Under the pieces are notes generated by a model that did not search any database, was not told the origin of the DNA, and was given only the letters and a program-made list of their open reading frames with translations. The position numbers and the translations under genes were made by a program. From an uncultured Halobacteriales archaeon (lineage in GTDB: Archaea > Halobacteriota > Halobacteria > Halobacteriales > Halobacteriaceae): a stretch of 64,000 nt of DNA. Shown piece after piece: positions 1-8,989 of the stretch; the stretch's first letter is position 1, and every line of letters starts with the position of its first letter. The stretch covers positions 2,868 through 66,867 of the forward strand of contig CAZYYH010000001.1 in NCBI GenBank assembly GCA_964651725.1. The letters run 5' to 3'.

Positions 1-372
1 CGGATAACCATTATGGCGTGTTACTCACCATCACGTCCCAGCATCGGATAGTTGCGTGTCAGCTACTACCCGGTCGGAATCGAGTTGATTACCGGTTGAT
101 TCGAGTTACGTACCAGTTCGACCCCGGTAATGGCCATCGACGTGCACTTCGTGCGCGAGAGGTAGCCGCACGTTACCCGGGAGTAAGCAGTTCGTAACGG
201 AATGCAGGCGGGAACGCGACACCTACGGACGGGCACGTACCGAATGGAAGTCAAAGAGGGAACGGCGTTCGCGGCGGGTCGGACGGGCGTCGATTCACCG
301 TCGACGTCGAATCGGGTCGGAATCGACGGCCGGGGCTTCGTCGAATCGGCGGTCGACTCCCGGACCCACCTC

Positions 373-585
373 TCAACCGGCGAGCAGACCCAGCACTCCG
401 AAGACGACCATTCCGACGCCGACGACGCGAGCGAGCACCACCTTCCAGTCCGCCGGCTCCGCCTCGGACCACGACCGCTTGCTTCCGATGGAGTCCAGTT
501 GCTCCTCGAACCGCGCGACCTCGTACGGCCAGATCGCGCCGGGGAGCCCGAACGCGAGCAGGACGAATGCCAGGGGACCTTCCAT
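373..585 (-). CDS. small two-helix membrane protein (hypothetical)
   Basis: Internal ATG (rc of cat 583-585) of track ORF 373..780. The 70-aa product MEGPLAFVLLAFGLPG...VGVGMVVFGVLGLLAG has two hydrophobic helices around a charged loop. The upstream part of the ORF is Arg/Ser/Gly-rich and looks non-coding. Confidence 0.45.
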   Translation of the reverse strand: MEGPLAFVLLAFGLPGAIWPYEVARFEEQLDSIGSKRSWSEAEPADWKVVLARVVGVGMVVFGVLGLLAG

Positions 586-838
586 ACCACCGCTACCCCT
601 GCAGGTGCCGCATACGCTTTCTCGTACGACGCGGTCGTCCCGACGGACCCGGGACGAGTCGCCGTCGGCCGTGCGCGTCGAACCGCTCCGGCTACTGCCG
701 TCGTCCGGCGTTCGTCCGTCGACTCGACCATCGCCCGAGACGGCCGAAAACGTCTTGTGCGTGGGCTGCTCGCGTATCACCGAGTAATACTAGAGGAGAA
801 TAACGCGCGGCCGGAACGCCACCACCCCACCGGTACAC

Positions 839-1168
839 ATGCCCCCGGACTCCGACGAGACCGACGTCGCAATCCCCCTCGAACACGCGCGGTCGGCGAT
901 CCTGCGCTACCTCGCTGAGCGGGGCGAACCGGTCGAGAACCTGGAACTCCTCACGACCGCCGTTCGCACTGCGGAGGTCGACCGCCGCGACGTCGGCGTG
1001 ACCGACCTGCCGCTCCGAACCGTCCACGACTGCCTCACGGCCGACCACCTTCCGGCGCTGGACCGCGAAGGTCTCGTCGACTACAACCGGGCGGCCGAAA
1101 CCGTCACCCTCGCGGTGCGGCCCGACCGCATCGAAGCTCTCTTGCGGCGCGATGGCTCCGGGCGATGA
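839..1168 (+). CDS. winged-helix (ArsR/DUF7344-like) hypothetical protein
   Basis: 109-aa acidic ORF. The stretch LRYLAERGEPV...DCLTADHLPALDREGLVDYN resembles the haloarchaeal wHTH family with an HLPkL..GLV.Y motif. Family recalled from memory. Confidence 0.5.
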   Translation: MPPDSDETDVAIPLEHARSAILRYLAERGEPVENLELLTTAVRTAEVDRRDVGVTDLPLRTVHDCLTADHLPALDREGLVDYNRAAETVTLAVRPDRIEALLRRDGSGR

Positions 1169-1191
1169 CTCCAAGCGACGAACCTGCCGCA

Positions 1192-1208
1192 GAAGTGGGA
1201 CCGCTGAG
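1192..1208. repeat. att-like direct repeat, outermost copy of the tRNA-Pro 3' end
   Basis: gaagTGGGACCGCTGAG. The 13-nt core 1196-1208 is identical to 3786-3798 and 48156-48168. The whole 17-mer is identical to 3782-3798. Confidence 0.75.
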
Positions 1209-1258
1209 TTGCGCGATTTTGCTCGGACGCGATGCTGGGGTGGTGGGGTTGGCGTGCA

Positions 1259-1487
1259 TGGTCGGTCCTCGTTGAGGTCGTCCAGGTAGTTGCGGCGCGA
1301 TTCCATCCGCTTGAGCATGTCGGGGTGGTCGCAGTGATCGCGGATCACTTTGTGCGTGGCGTTCACGCGCTCGGCGAGCACCTCGAGCGGCCAGCCCTTG
1401 TTCCGGTGCCAGGTGATGGAGCCAGTGCGGTATTGATGCGTGCTCGACTGCTCTCCGAGAGGGAATGCAGTAGTTGAGTAAGTTCAT
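1259..1487 (-). pseudogene. 5'-truncated tyrosine integrase fragment (C-terminal ~75 codons)
   Basis: The minus-strand translation ...HQYRTGSITWHRNKGWPLEVLAERVNATHKVIRDHCDHPDMLKRMESRRNYLDDL aligns with the C-terminus of the 3848..5008 integrase (HRVRTGSITWHRDCGWPPEVLAERANATPEVIRQHYDHPDLLKRMESRRSFIDQL). There is no N-terminal part and an in-frame stop lies upstream (~1490). Confidence 0.75.
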
Positions 1488-1606
1488 CCCGAAATCGAGA
1501 GAAGTAGCAGCCCATCTTCATCCGGATGATCGTCGTGTGAAGGCGTTACAACTGGTGTTGGTTTCTCTGCACCCAACAGTTACGTGTCATTCTCGGCTCG
1601 GAGCTC

Positions 1607-3277
1607 TCACTCCTTCTGTTCACCGTGCAAACGTCCTTTGAGGTAGCTGGCAGAAGCGATAGCCGTCGTGACGACGCCGGCTCCAAAGCCGATGCCGAGC
1701 CCGGGTAGGAATCCAGGTCCATCACTAAAGGTCCCAACGCGGTCGGTTCCCCCACTGCCAGTGCCTCCCTTGCGTGACTGTTTCTCATCACCATCACTGG
1801 AGATATCTTCGGTACCAGCTCCACTCCCGCTGGCGTTGGCCTCACTCGTTCGTGGGTCACCGCCACCGCCTGTGCCGGAAGCCCATGACGAGAGATCGTC
1901 GCCGAAGTCACTCACGTCTTCACCTTCGATACTTCGACGATGGAACTCGATGATGTCCTCCGTAGCGGGCTGTGGAGTGTGGCCTGCATCCTCGTAGATG
2001 CGGAACTGGGCTTGCACGCCAGCCTCGGCGTACGCCTGCTGGCAGAACGGGAATCGGTTTTCGATCATGTCCTCGCCATAGACAGACAGGGCGGTCTGTC
2101 GCAGTTCCTCGCTGGTCCACGCGTCGTCGTAGGGAATCGTGTCGTTGGTGTCCTCGGCCCCCATGTAGAGGAACTGATTCACTCGGTCGAGCGCGTCACG
2201 GTCGACGGGGTTCCCAGTGAGCGTTTCCACGTCGGCGATTCCAACGTGATAGTTCAGCGTCCGGCCGTTCGCTTCCGCCAGCGGGAGAAGCGTCATCCCG
2301 TTCAGGCCGCCCGCCGTGACCGAGAGGACGCGCCCCGGATGGAGTACAGCGAACCGGTCGACGAAGTTCCCTGACGCCGAGAACCCATTCATCATGATGC
2401 GGTTATCCATCGCCCGACCGGCGTCAGTGAGGCGGGCGAGAGCATGATCGACCATCCTGAGGAGCTGTAAGTCGATACGCTCGAGCGGCCCGTCGTCGAT
2501 CGCGAGTGTGTCCCGGTCAAGCTGGTGGGTGTAGTGATGCGCGTCGACGGGCTCGGACGTTGGGCGCGGGAACACGGGAACCAGCATCGGAACGCCGAGC
2601 GCGTCACTAATGGTCCGAGAGGTTCCGTTCCGCTCCACCAGCTGCTTTGCGCGTTCACGGTGCTTCTCGAAGTCGTCCGTCGCTGTCCCGGTGTTGTTCG
2701 GCTCGACAAGGATTGGAACCTCCTCTTCACTGTTCGTGGTGGGGGTGTAGAGGTAGTATGGATAGTGGAAGCCTGCGTCGGAGTCTGCCGCTACGAACGT
2801 CACACCGAAGTTGTCTACGTCCTCGCCGATGGCGACGATGGCCTGGTCGTGCGCCAGGAACTCGTCCGCCTCGCTTAGCAACACTGCTTTGATAGTCTTG
2901 GTTTCCGCAATGGGTTTCTCCAACTCTACGACGAGGTCTGTTTCGTCCGTTCCAGCCGGGAGATTCGTTCGGCGATAGAGTTCTTCCTCCTGTTGCCCTG
3001 GCCGGTCTTCCATGATGAGGAGATACGCGTCTACTTCTGTCGATACTGATGTAACGACGATGGATTGGCCGTCGGACTCCTGTTTCTCGAACGTGACGGA
3101 GGCGTTGGCGTCCTGCTGTCCAACAGCTGTAGAGCCCGTGGACGCAAGCCCGATCGCCCCCACTATCCCGCAGGCGGTCGCACGAAACAGCGAGCGACGA
3201 CGCCAGTTCGAGATCGATTCCTCGGCACTGTGTCCTCGATTGTTTACAGATGTATCGTCAAGTTGTGTAGGGACCAT
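1607..3277 (-). CDS. Tat-secreted alpha/beta-hydrolase-like protein with PGF-CTERM anchor
   Basis: 556 aa. Contains a twin-arginine signal (NWRRRSLFRATACGIVGAIGLAS), a GFSASG nucleophile-elbow (GxSxG) motif, a Gly/Ser/Thr-rich linker, and then PGFLPGLGIGFGAGVVTTAIASASYLKGR (PGF motif, TM helix, basic tail). Confidence 0.8.
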   Translation of the reverse strand: MVPTQLDDTSVNNRGHSAEESISNWRRRSLFRATACGIVGAIGLASTGSTAVGQQDANASVTFEKQESDGQSIVVTSVSTEVDAYLLIMEDRPGQQEEELYRRTNLPAGTDETDLVVELEKPIAETKTIKAVLLSEADEFLAHDQAIVAIGEDVDNFGVTFVAADSDAGFHYPYYLYTPTTNSEEEVPILVEPNNTGTATDDFEKHRERAKQLVERNGTSRTISDALGVPMLVPVFPRPTSEPVDAHHYTHQLDRDTLAIDDGPLERIDLQLLRMVDHALARLTDAGRAMDNRIMMNGFSASGNFVDRFAVLHPGRVLSVTAGGLNGMTLLPLAEANGRTLNYHVGIADVETLTGNPVDRDALDRVNQFLYMGAEDTNDTIPYDDAWTSEELRQTALSVYGEDMIENRFPFCQQAYAEAGVQAQFRIYEDAGHTPQPATEDIIEFHRRSIEGEDVSDFGDDLSSWASGTGGGGDPRTSEANASGSGAGTEDISSDGDEKQSRKGGTGSGGTDRVGTFSDGPGFLPGLGIGFGAGVVTTAIASASYLKGRLHGEQKE

Positions 3278-3781
3278 ACTGAATCTCGACTATTTGGCCG
3301 GTACAGATACCGTTTAGATAACTCCTTCGTATCGTTTTCTACTCGATTGCCCACTGATTCTGCGCGGCAATTCTATTACCAGACAACAGTTGAAGATGGC
3401 ATTATAGGTAACAACTCTAACAAGTAAACGGAGCGCGAGATAGTGTTGCCACTACTCAGGACCACGCTACCGGGTCGATCCGGTCCCGTACTTACCGAGT
3501 AGCGACTTCAGCCGGCCTCTATCGGCGTTCTCGCCGAAGTCACGACTACACGAGTGTATCGAATCTGCTCCAGATCACCGCCACACCGGCCCTACGCTTC
3601 ACGGTCGCCGCCAGCACTTCCTCGACGCCGGGTGGGCCAACGTAGCCGAACCGGGAGCGCGTCACCTGAGCGCGCAGCGTCAATTCTTCGCCGTTCGCCA
3701 AGACACCTTTCGCCCGGTGGAGCGTCCGATTGATCGTGTGGATACTCGGGCCAACAGCGTCCAGAAAATCCGTGCGAAAGT

Positions 3782-3798
3782 GAAGTGGGACCGCTGAG
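3782..3798. repeat. att-like direct repeat, distal end of the 44-kb element
   Basis: gaagTGGGACCGCTGAG lies 50 bp downstream of the integrase stop. The core is identical to the tRNA-Pro 3' end at 48156-48168. Confidence 0.8.
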
Positions 3799-3847
3799 CG
3801 CGACGAAACGCCTTCGGCGCGCACCTCGGCCACGGGGCTAGGCTGGC

Positions 3848-5008
3848 TCATTTCGGTCCCTCCTCGAGCTGGTCGATGAAACTACGGCGCGACTCCATCC
3901 GCTTGAGCAGATCAGGGTGGTCGTAGTGCTGGCGGATGACCTCGGGGGTCGCGTTCGCGCGCTCGGCGAGCACTTCGGGCGGCCAGCCGCAGTCGCGGTG
4001 CCAGGTGATCGACCCGGTGCGCACGCGATGGGGGCTGCGCGAGGACGGACACCGCGCCTCGTAGCCGTGATCAGTAGCTTCGCACTCCTCGGGGTGGCGG
4101 TCGTGCGGGCACGGCCCCCACCGGCAGGGCTGGGTGATGATGTTGAACCGTGTCCTGATGCCGCCCTTCGAGAGGCGGCCCGTGCCCTTCTGTGTGGAGA
4201 ACAGCGCCTTGCGGCCGTACTCGTCCTCGACCTGGTCGCGGTTGACCTCGATGTAGTCCTGGAGGAGCTGCCCGACGTCGTCGGCGAGGCCGACCGGGCG
4301 TTCGCCCTCGTGCTTGTTCTTCAGGGGCGTGTCGGTGTCCGGCCGGTGCCGGAAGAAGACGAACGGCGTGGTGATACCCTCGATGTCGTCGGTCTGAATG
4401 TCGTCCTCGTGGGGGATGCGCTCGAGATCCTCCTGGGTGAGATAGCAGTCGCGGAGGTCAAGCGACCGGATCGCGCCGAGTCGGGCAGTGGTGTGCCAGG
4501 CGAGCGCGAGCAGCGCGTGGTCGACGGAGGCGTACTTGAAGCGCTCGAGGCTCTCGAGGATGACCTCGGCGCGCTCCTGGGGGAGCTTCTCCTCGTTCGT
4601 GCGGTCGATCTTCGCGAGCTGCGGGACCTCGACCTTGAGCGGGAGGTCGACCGGGACGGCCTCGACGTCGACGCAGAACTCGAGGAACCGGCGGAGCGTG
4701 CCGAGCTGCGTGTTGAGCGTGGCCTGATTGAGATCGTCGGCACGGCGCGCGGAGTCGTACCGGTAGATGTCGCGGCCGGTGAGCTCGTTGAGGTTCGAGA
4801 TGTCCTCTTCCTCGCACCACTCCACGAACTGCTTCGTGCGGTAGTAGTAGCTCTGGATGGTCTCCTCCGAGCGCTCCGTGCCCTGGCGGTCGATCCACAT
4901 CTCCATCGCATCCCTGGGGTGGAGCGGCTGGAGGTCGGCGTCGTCGTCTCCGTCTGCGTTTCGACTCGCGAGAATGCGCGTGAGGTCGTCGTCGTCGCCG
5001 CGTTTCAT
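3848..5008 (-). CDS. tyrosine recombinase / phage-type integrase
   Basis: The internal ATG at 5008 (MKRGDDDD...) overlaps the upstream stop as ATGA. Catalytic-type motifs are present: HTTARLGAIRSL (Arg), HRVRTGSITW (HxxR) and VIRQHYDHPD (Tyr). The N-terminal SAM-like core-binding region is IQSYYYRTKQFVEWC. 386 aa. Confidence 0.9.
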   Translation of the reverse strand: MKRGDDDDLTRILASRNADGDDDADLQPLHPRDAMEMWIDRQGTERSEETIQSYYYRTKQFVEWCEEEDISNLNELTGRDIYRYDSARRADDLNQATLNTQLGTLRRFLEFCVDVEAVPVDLPLKVEVPQLAKIDRTNEEKLPQERAEVILESLERFKYASVDHALLALAWHTTARLGAIRSLDLRDCYLTQEDLERIPHEDDIQTDDIEGITTPFVFFRHRPDTDTPLKNKHEGERPVGLADDVGQLLQDYIEVNRDQVEDEYGRKALFSTQKGTGRLSKGGIRTRFNIITQPCRWGPCPHDRHPEECEATDHGYEARCPSSRSPHRVRTGSITWHRDCGWPPEVLAERANATPEVIRQHYDHPDLLKRMESRRSFIDQLEEGPK

Positions 5009-5298
5009 TGGTGGTCCTCCGGAGTTGCGTGGCCGCCGTCGGTTCGCGCGCGAGCGTCCTGGGTTGCAGCATGGAGGTCGTCGAGCGACCGCCCGTCGCC
5101 GCAGTCCGAACACAGTTCGCCACGGGGTGGATGCGTTACGTCGCAGCTGCGGACGTTGTCCGCGAGGGCGAGGTGGCGGCAGTCCGCGTCGACGTGGAGG
5201 CGGCGATCTCGCCCGGAGTGCCCGCTCGCCGTCGAGTAGTAGAGCCGCGAGACGGCGCTCTCGCCCGCCTCACTACAGGCCGTGTCTTTACTCGTCAT
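5005..5298 (-). CDS. hypothetical Cys/His-rich small protein
   Basis: 97 aa. Its stop overlaps the integrase start (tcat 5005-5008). The pattern ...LHVDADCRHL...LCSDCG is shared with the ORF at 47462..47725. Confidence 0.5.
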   Translation of the reverse strand: MTSKDTACSEAGESAVSRLYYSTASGHSGRDRRLHVDADCRHLALADNVRSCDVTHPPRGELCSDCGDGRSLDDLHAATQDARARTDGGHATPEDHQ

Positions 5299-5485
5299 CG
5301 AAGAACCTCCCGAGCTGCTCGTAGATCTCGCGCGCTTGGTCGCGGTTGAACGATGCGACGCACGGACCAGCGAAGGCGGACTGGGGATGTGCGATGGTGA
5401 AGAACCCGCCGGGGGTCGTGTTCTCCCCGATCTCGATGCGATGGCGGTGTTTCGGAGAGAAGTCCGTCTCCGGTTCGTCAGTCAT
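5288..5485 (-). CDS. hypothetical small acidic protein
   Basis: Internal ATG of track ORF 5288..5530 (MTDEPETDFSPKH...). 65 aa, in the same leftward operon. Confidence 0.4.
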   Translation of the reverse strand: MTDEPETDFSPKHRHRIEIGENTTPGGFFTIAHPQSAFAGPCVASFNRDQAREIYEQLGRFFDDE

Positions 5486-5554
5486 GCTGTTCCTCCGTGG
5501 TGGTCGTGGGGGAGTTGGGGAGTCTTGCATCGGTGTAGCTGGGGTGAACGAGCA

Positions 5555-5902
5555 TCATTTCGCGCCCTCCTGGATGGTGACGCGCTCCCGGGGGTAGCGC
5601 CGGCCGGTCTTCTGGTCGGTGAGCCGCTCGAAGTAGGCGTCGCGGCCCCACGCGTGGCGGGCGCAGGAGTCGCAGTGGAAGCCGTTCGGGGTGGCGCGCC
5701 AGCCGTGATGGCCGGCGGGGCAGGTGTACCGCCAGGAATCGGGGGCTGCGGTAGGATCGAACACGAGATGCAGCGACATGGCGCGCTGGATGCCAGCCAC
5801 CGCCACGGTATAGGCGTCCGTCAACGCACGGGACTGAAAGTGAAGCTGGACACTCCCCGACCTTGACGGGAGTGCGGACGCCGTAGGAGCACTCGCTTGC
5901 AT
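5555..5902 (-). CDS. hypothetical protein (Cys/His cluster)
   Basis: 115 aa, contiguous with the stop of the upstream ORF (5903). Contains YTCPAGHHGW...FHCDSCARH. Confidence 0.5.
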   Translation of the reverse strand: MQASAPTASALPSRSGSVQLHFQSRALTDAYTVAVAGIQRAMSLHLVFDPTAAPDSWRYTCPAGHHGWRATPNGFHCDSCARHAWGRDAYFERLTDQKTGRRYPRERVTIQEGAK

Positions 5903-6097
5903 CTACGCCACCTCCTCAGCGAGCGCGCGACAGCCACACGGTTGGTAGGAGGCGTCGGCCGGGCCGCGCACCGTGATCGTGGCGACGGGCTGGCCGCAGC
6001 GCGGGCAGGAATCGAGCGAGGTGTCCGCGTGGTCGTCAAGCGATTCGTCGGCGGTCGTGCCGGGGGATTTATCCCCCGAAGCCGTGAACTCGGTCAT
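5903..6097 (-). CDS. small zinc-ribbon protein
   Basis: 64 aa with CPRCG...(19)...CGC. It is the first gene of the leftward integrase operon. Confidence 0.55.
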   Translation of the reverse strand: MTEFTASGDKSPGTTADESLDDHADTSLDSCPRCGQPVATITVRGPADASYQPCGCRALAEEVA

Positions 6098-6122
6098 GCT
6101 TCCGTACCCTGATTACGGAAGC
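6098..6122. promoter_or_regulatory. perfect 9-bp inverted repeat GCTTCCGTA/TACGGAAGC, with a third direct copy at 6199-6207
   Basis: gcttccgta-ccctgat-tacggaagc lies immediately upstream of the first gene of the integrase operon. GCTTCCGTA recurs at 6199-6207. Confidence 0.35.
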
Positions 6123-6331
6123 GAACCGCGGAGCCCGGTGCCACCACACCGGTCCGCTTTTCGTGCCGATTGGACCTGGCTAGCCAGGCCCGCGTATCGC
6201 TTCCGTAACTGCGAGGTCATCAACCCGTGATTATAAAGTTAATCACTAGAGAGTGACTATCCAATCATCTTTCAGTGATTTTTTGTTGGCGGGTCGGAAC
6301 GACTATAGCGTACTCGTTGTTTGCCACGGCT

Positions 6332-6595
6332 ATGCGACAGCCTGCGGATTGGATGACGCCGATGGATAATCGGATCCTTGAGGTGCTCCAATCCAGCGGG
6401 CTAGTGCTTTCCCCCTCCATTATCTCCTACAATCTCGACGTGAGTCGGGAAGCGGTGAATCGACGCTTGAAGGAACTCACTGCATACGGGATGGTGGAGA
6501 AGGTTGATCGGGGAAAGTACGAGATTTCAGAGGAGGGTCGAGCATACCTCGCAGGCGAGCTGGACGCTGATGATTTGGAGCGCGATGAGGAGTAG
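6332..6595 (+). CDS. phiH1-repressor-like winged-helix regulator
   Basis: Internal ATG. The sequence MRQPADWMTPMDNRILEVLQSSGLVLSPSIISYNLDVSREAVNRRLKELTAYGMVEKVDRGKYEISEEGRAYLAGELDADDL fits the haloviral PhiH1 repressor-like pattern (M.D.RILE...G.Y.it.eG..YL.Gelda). Confidence 0.7.
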   Translation: MRQPADWMTPMDNRILEVLQSSGLVLSPSIISYNLDVSREAVNRRLKELTAYGMVEKVDRGKYEISEEGRAYLAGELDADDLERDEE

Positions 6596-6667
6596 AGCAA
6601 TGTCATTCGCTTAGCCAACCGAATTCTATAATAATCAAGTGCTAGTAAACCCTAGATTGGTAGGGTC

Positions 6668-7033
6668 TTACTCCTTCTCTATGGGAACAGTATGAAAAAA
6701 CCACCTCAGCCCTATCTCAAAGGACAGAAGAAGGACGAACAAGCCAAGAATGAGAAATAGCGTAACCGATATTGAATATTCATCAACGGTAACTTCTGCG
6801 GCAAAACCCCCGCTAGCTCCCGCCACAATAAATCGCGCCGCTTGGGCAATCCCATCCTCCTGTTCCTCCGGAGGTAGGAAGGGAGCAAGGAGAAAAGTAA
6901 CCCCCAAAAGGAAAATGATAGTTGGTACGAATAATGTTGCCGGGGACTGGATACCAGCATACAATATATAAATGAAGATGGCGATAGACGCCAAGATTAA
7001 TCCTGGTCCCAGCGCTTTGGCGAAACCTCTCAT
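6668..7033 (-). CDS. small polytopic membrane protein
   Basis: 121 aa with about 4 hydrophobic helices. Convergent with 6332..6595. A hairpin acccta-gattgg-tagggt (6649-6666) lies between them. Confidence 0.6.
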   Translation of the reverse strand: MRGFAKALGPGLILASIAIFIYILYAGIQSPATLFVPTIIFLLGVTFLLAPFLPPEEQEDGIAQAARFIVAGASGGFAAEVTVDEYSISVTLFLILGLFVLLLSFEIGLRWFFHTVPIEKE

Positions 7034-7358
7034 GCTTCACCTGTACCTTCGTGAATCATTGAATTTTACTATGTTCGATGTTGCTTTGGATATCATGATG
7101 ACTGGTGTTGTAGATTTCCAGTATTACCCTCCCTTCAAATATTTTTTTATAATCAGAGAAGGGAGTAACCCTCGTAACTCACACTCAAACCTCTACCGCG
7201 TACTGCTCCTGATTTGCCCAATCAACCTATCCGAAAGAGTCGCCATCCTCACCCATTCCATCTCGCGCCGCTACCAAAACTATCAGTATCCACTCTCTGC
7301 TCACACAAGACTTAATTCATGACAATTCAGCCACTAACGCAGGAGACGCTCAAGAATC

Positions 7359-8876
7359 ATGCCGGGCATCCGTGATCGACTCTTCCATATCGTCTTCATC
7401 TGTGGAATAGTTCTGTTTGAACTCTTGCGCATATTCGAAGAGATCCTGAGAGATGCAGTCTCTAGTTCTATCGCCGCAGTTCTACTGGAACTCGCAGTCA
7501 ATATACCGGGTCCCATTAGCTCGATAGCCTGGATTGGAGCACAAGTGGCTCTACTATACGTTTTTAGCAATCTACTCAAATCTGTGTACTCGTCATTGCT
7601 ACCGCAAGTCCAAAGTGTTCGATTGTTCCAGACTGTTGGTGCAGTCGCCGCACTACAGGCCGCTCTTCTTACTGCAACCTACATGGGGAATCCACCACCA
7701 GTTCTGGAGTTCTTCTCCCTGCAAAAGCAGTACTTGATTCATACTTGGTACTGGAGATATCTCTATTTACCTCCCATTGCATTGTTCATCCTCGTTCTGA
7801 TTGCATCTCTGCTGAATAGCCAACTCAATACTGACGGTCCATTCTTTCAATACGGAGTGGCTGCCGCACTACCAGGGTTCGTTGGAATAGCTGTTGGTCT
7901 GCTTGCAGGCCTTGGTTGGCTACTGGTTGTCCCACTGGTGCTGTTGCTCGCTTTGAAGTTTGTGAATACATTGCGGCTTTCTTCATCTCCAAACGCGGAC
8001 TGGGAGAATTTCCTCGATCTTGAATGGCGGATCGGGAACCAGGTAAAGATGTTAGCTGATGGGATATCCGGTCTGGGCGTGGTTCTCTGCATTCTCGCAG
8101 GTATCTATATGACTGTGGAAGCATTCCAACTACGTCGAAGCTATGAATTGGTCATCTTCACAGGACTGCAGCTCAGGCAAACACCAATCGCAATCACTGA
8201 TGCAGTCCTCCGACTTTTTGCCCCGATTACATTAACAGCCTGTGGACTACTATTCTGGCTCTTTCAGGTCCCACGAGCACAATTCCGCTCTCAATCCGAG
8301 TCTATAGGAGAGAATGGAATTTCCACAGTTCCGATTATTCTACAGCCATTTCTAATTCTGGCAGCTCCGTTGTTTCTGCTAAAAGCAACTATATTGATCG
8401 GATCTCCTTTGAGGGATTCGATATGGCCTCTGTTCCAGATTCTGTTCCCGTTATCCGGAGCACTAGCGTTATTCTATGGTCTAAAACAGGCGAGAATCGG
8501 TGTTCGGAGAACTTTCCAAGAGAATATTGAATTGCCACTCCTAGCTCTCCCCATTGGATTGCTAATGCAACTTGGTTGGTCAACCTTTGGATCCTCCCCC
8601 TCCAGCCTTTTTACTCTCAACGTTTCTAACAGTGGGGCCCATCTTCTAATAGTAGCACTTGCAATTTTCGGACTCCACAATCTTCGGCCTAGGTTGCCAA
8701 GGCAGTCCGGAAATTCGCTCATCTGGTACGCTGTGATTGCAGTAGTGGCGGCTGGTTTAGCTTACCCCTCACTAGATGCAGCGCTAACTAGCCCCATTGC
8801 TGTTTTTGACTTCTATCTAATTGTATATCTAGTATCAGCAGGGACAGCAATTGCAGTAGCACATCTCCTTTCGTAA
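7359..8876 (+). CDS. large polytopic membrane protein (~12 TM), unknown family
   Basis: 505 aa, almost entirely hydrophobic helices with AT-rich codon usage. I recognise no motif. Confidence 0.75.
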   Translation: MPGIRDRLFHIVFICGIVLFELLRIFEEILRDAVSSSIAAVLLELAVNIPGPISSIAWIGAQVALLYVFSNLLKSVYSSLLPQVQSVRLFQTVGAVAALQAALLTATYMGNPPPVLEFFSLQKQYLIHTWYWRYLYLPPIALFILVLIASLLNSQLNTDGPFFQYGVAAALPGFVGIAVGLLAGLGWLLVVPLVLLLALKFVNTLRLSSSPNADWENFLDLEWRIGNQVKMLADGISGLGVVLCILAGIYMTVEAFQLRRSYELVIFTGLQLRQTPIAITDAVLRLFAPITLTACGLLFWLFQVPRAQFRSQSESIGENGISTVPIILQPFLILAAPLFLLKATILIGSPLRDSIWPLFQILFPLSGALALFYGLKQARIGVRRTFQENIELPLLALPIGLLMQLGWSTFGSSPSSLFTLNVSNSGAHLLIVALAIFGLHNLRPRLPRQSGNSLIWYAVIAVVAAGLAYPSLDAALTSPIAVFDFYLIVYLVSAGTAIAVAHLLS

Positions 8877-8989
8877 ATTCATGCTCGCAGGTTTCGCCCG
8901 CGTCCTGTGCCTCGCTGGCTTGAACAGTCTGCTCGCCCGCCCCGCCGTGCTTCATAACAGACCAGTTAATTCTTTATCTCCACAAATAT

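Larger units (their letters stand above)
1196..3798. mobile_element. decayed tandem integrative-element remnant (~2.6 kb)
   Basis: Bounded by two att-like copies. An integrase fragment lies beside the left att in the same position and orientation as the intact integrase beside 3786-3798. Confidence 0.55.

Noticed and set aside
1-372. ORFs 66..731 and 202..918, and short repeats (GTCGAATCGG at 306-315 and 340-349; GGTCGGAATCGA at 72-83 and 315-326) at the left edge.
   Set aside because: The ORFs have non-protein-like composition and overlap better candidates. The repeats are only 10-12 nt in a CG-rich context and could be chance.
3546-3851. A 101-aa ORF whose start overlaps the integrase stop (tcat 3848-3851) and which reads through the att copy.
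   Set aside because: It is basic, has no motif and crosses the att core into the neighbouring remnant element. The ATGA overlap may be coincidental. I kept it only as a low-probability possibility.
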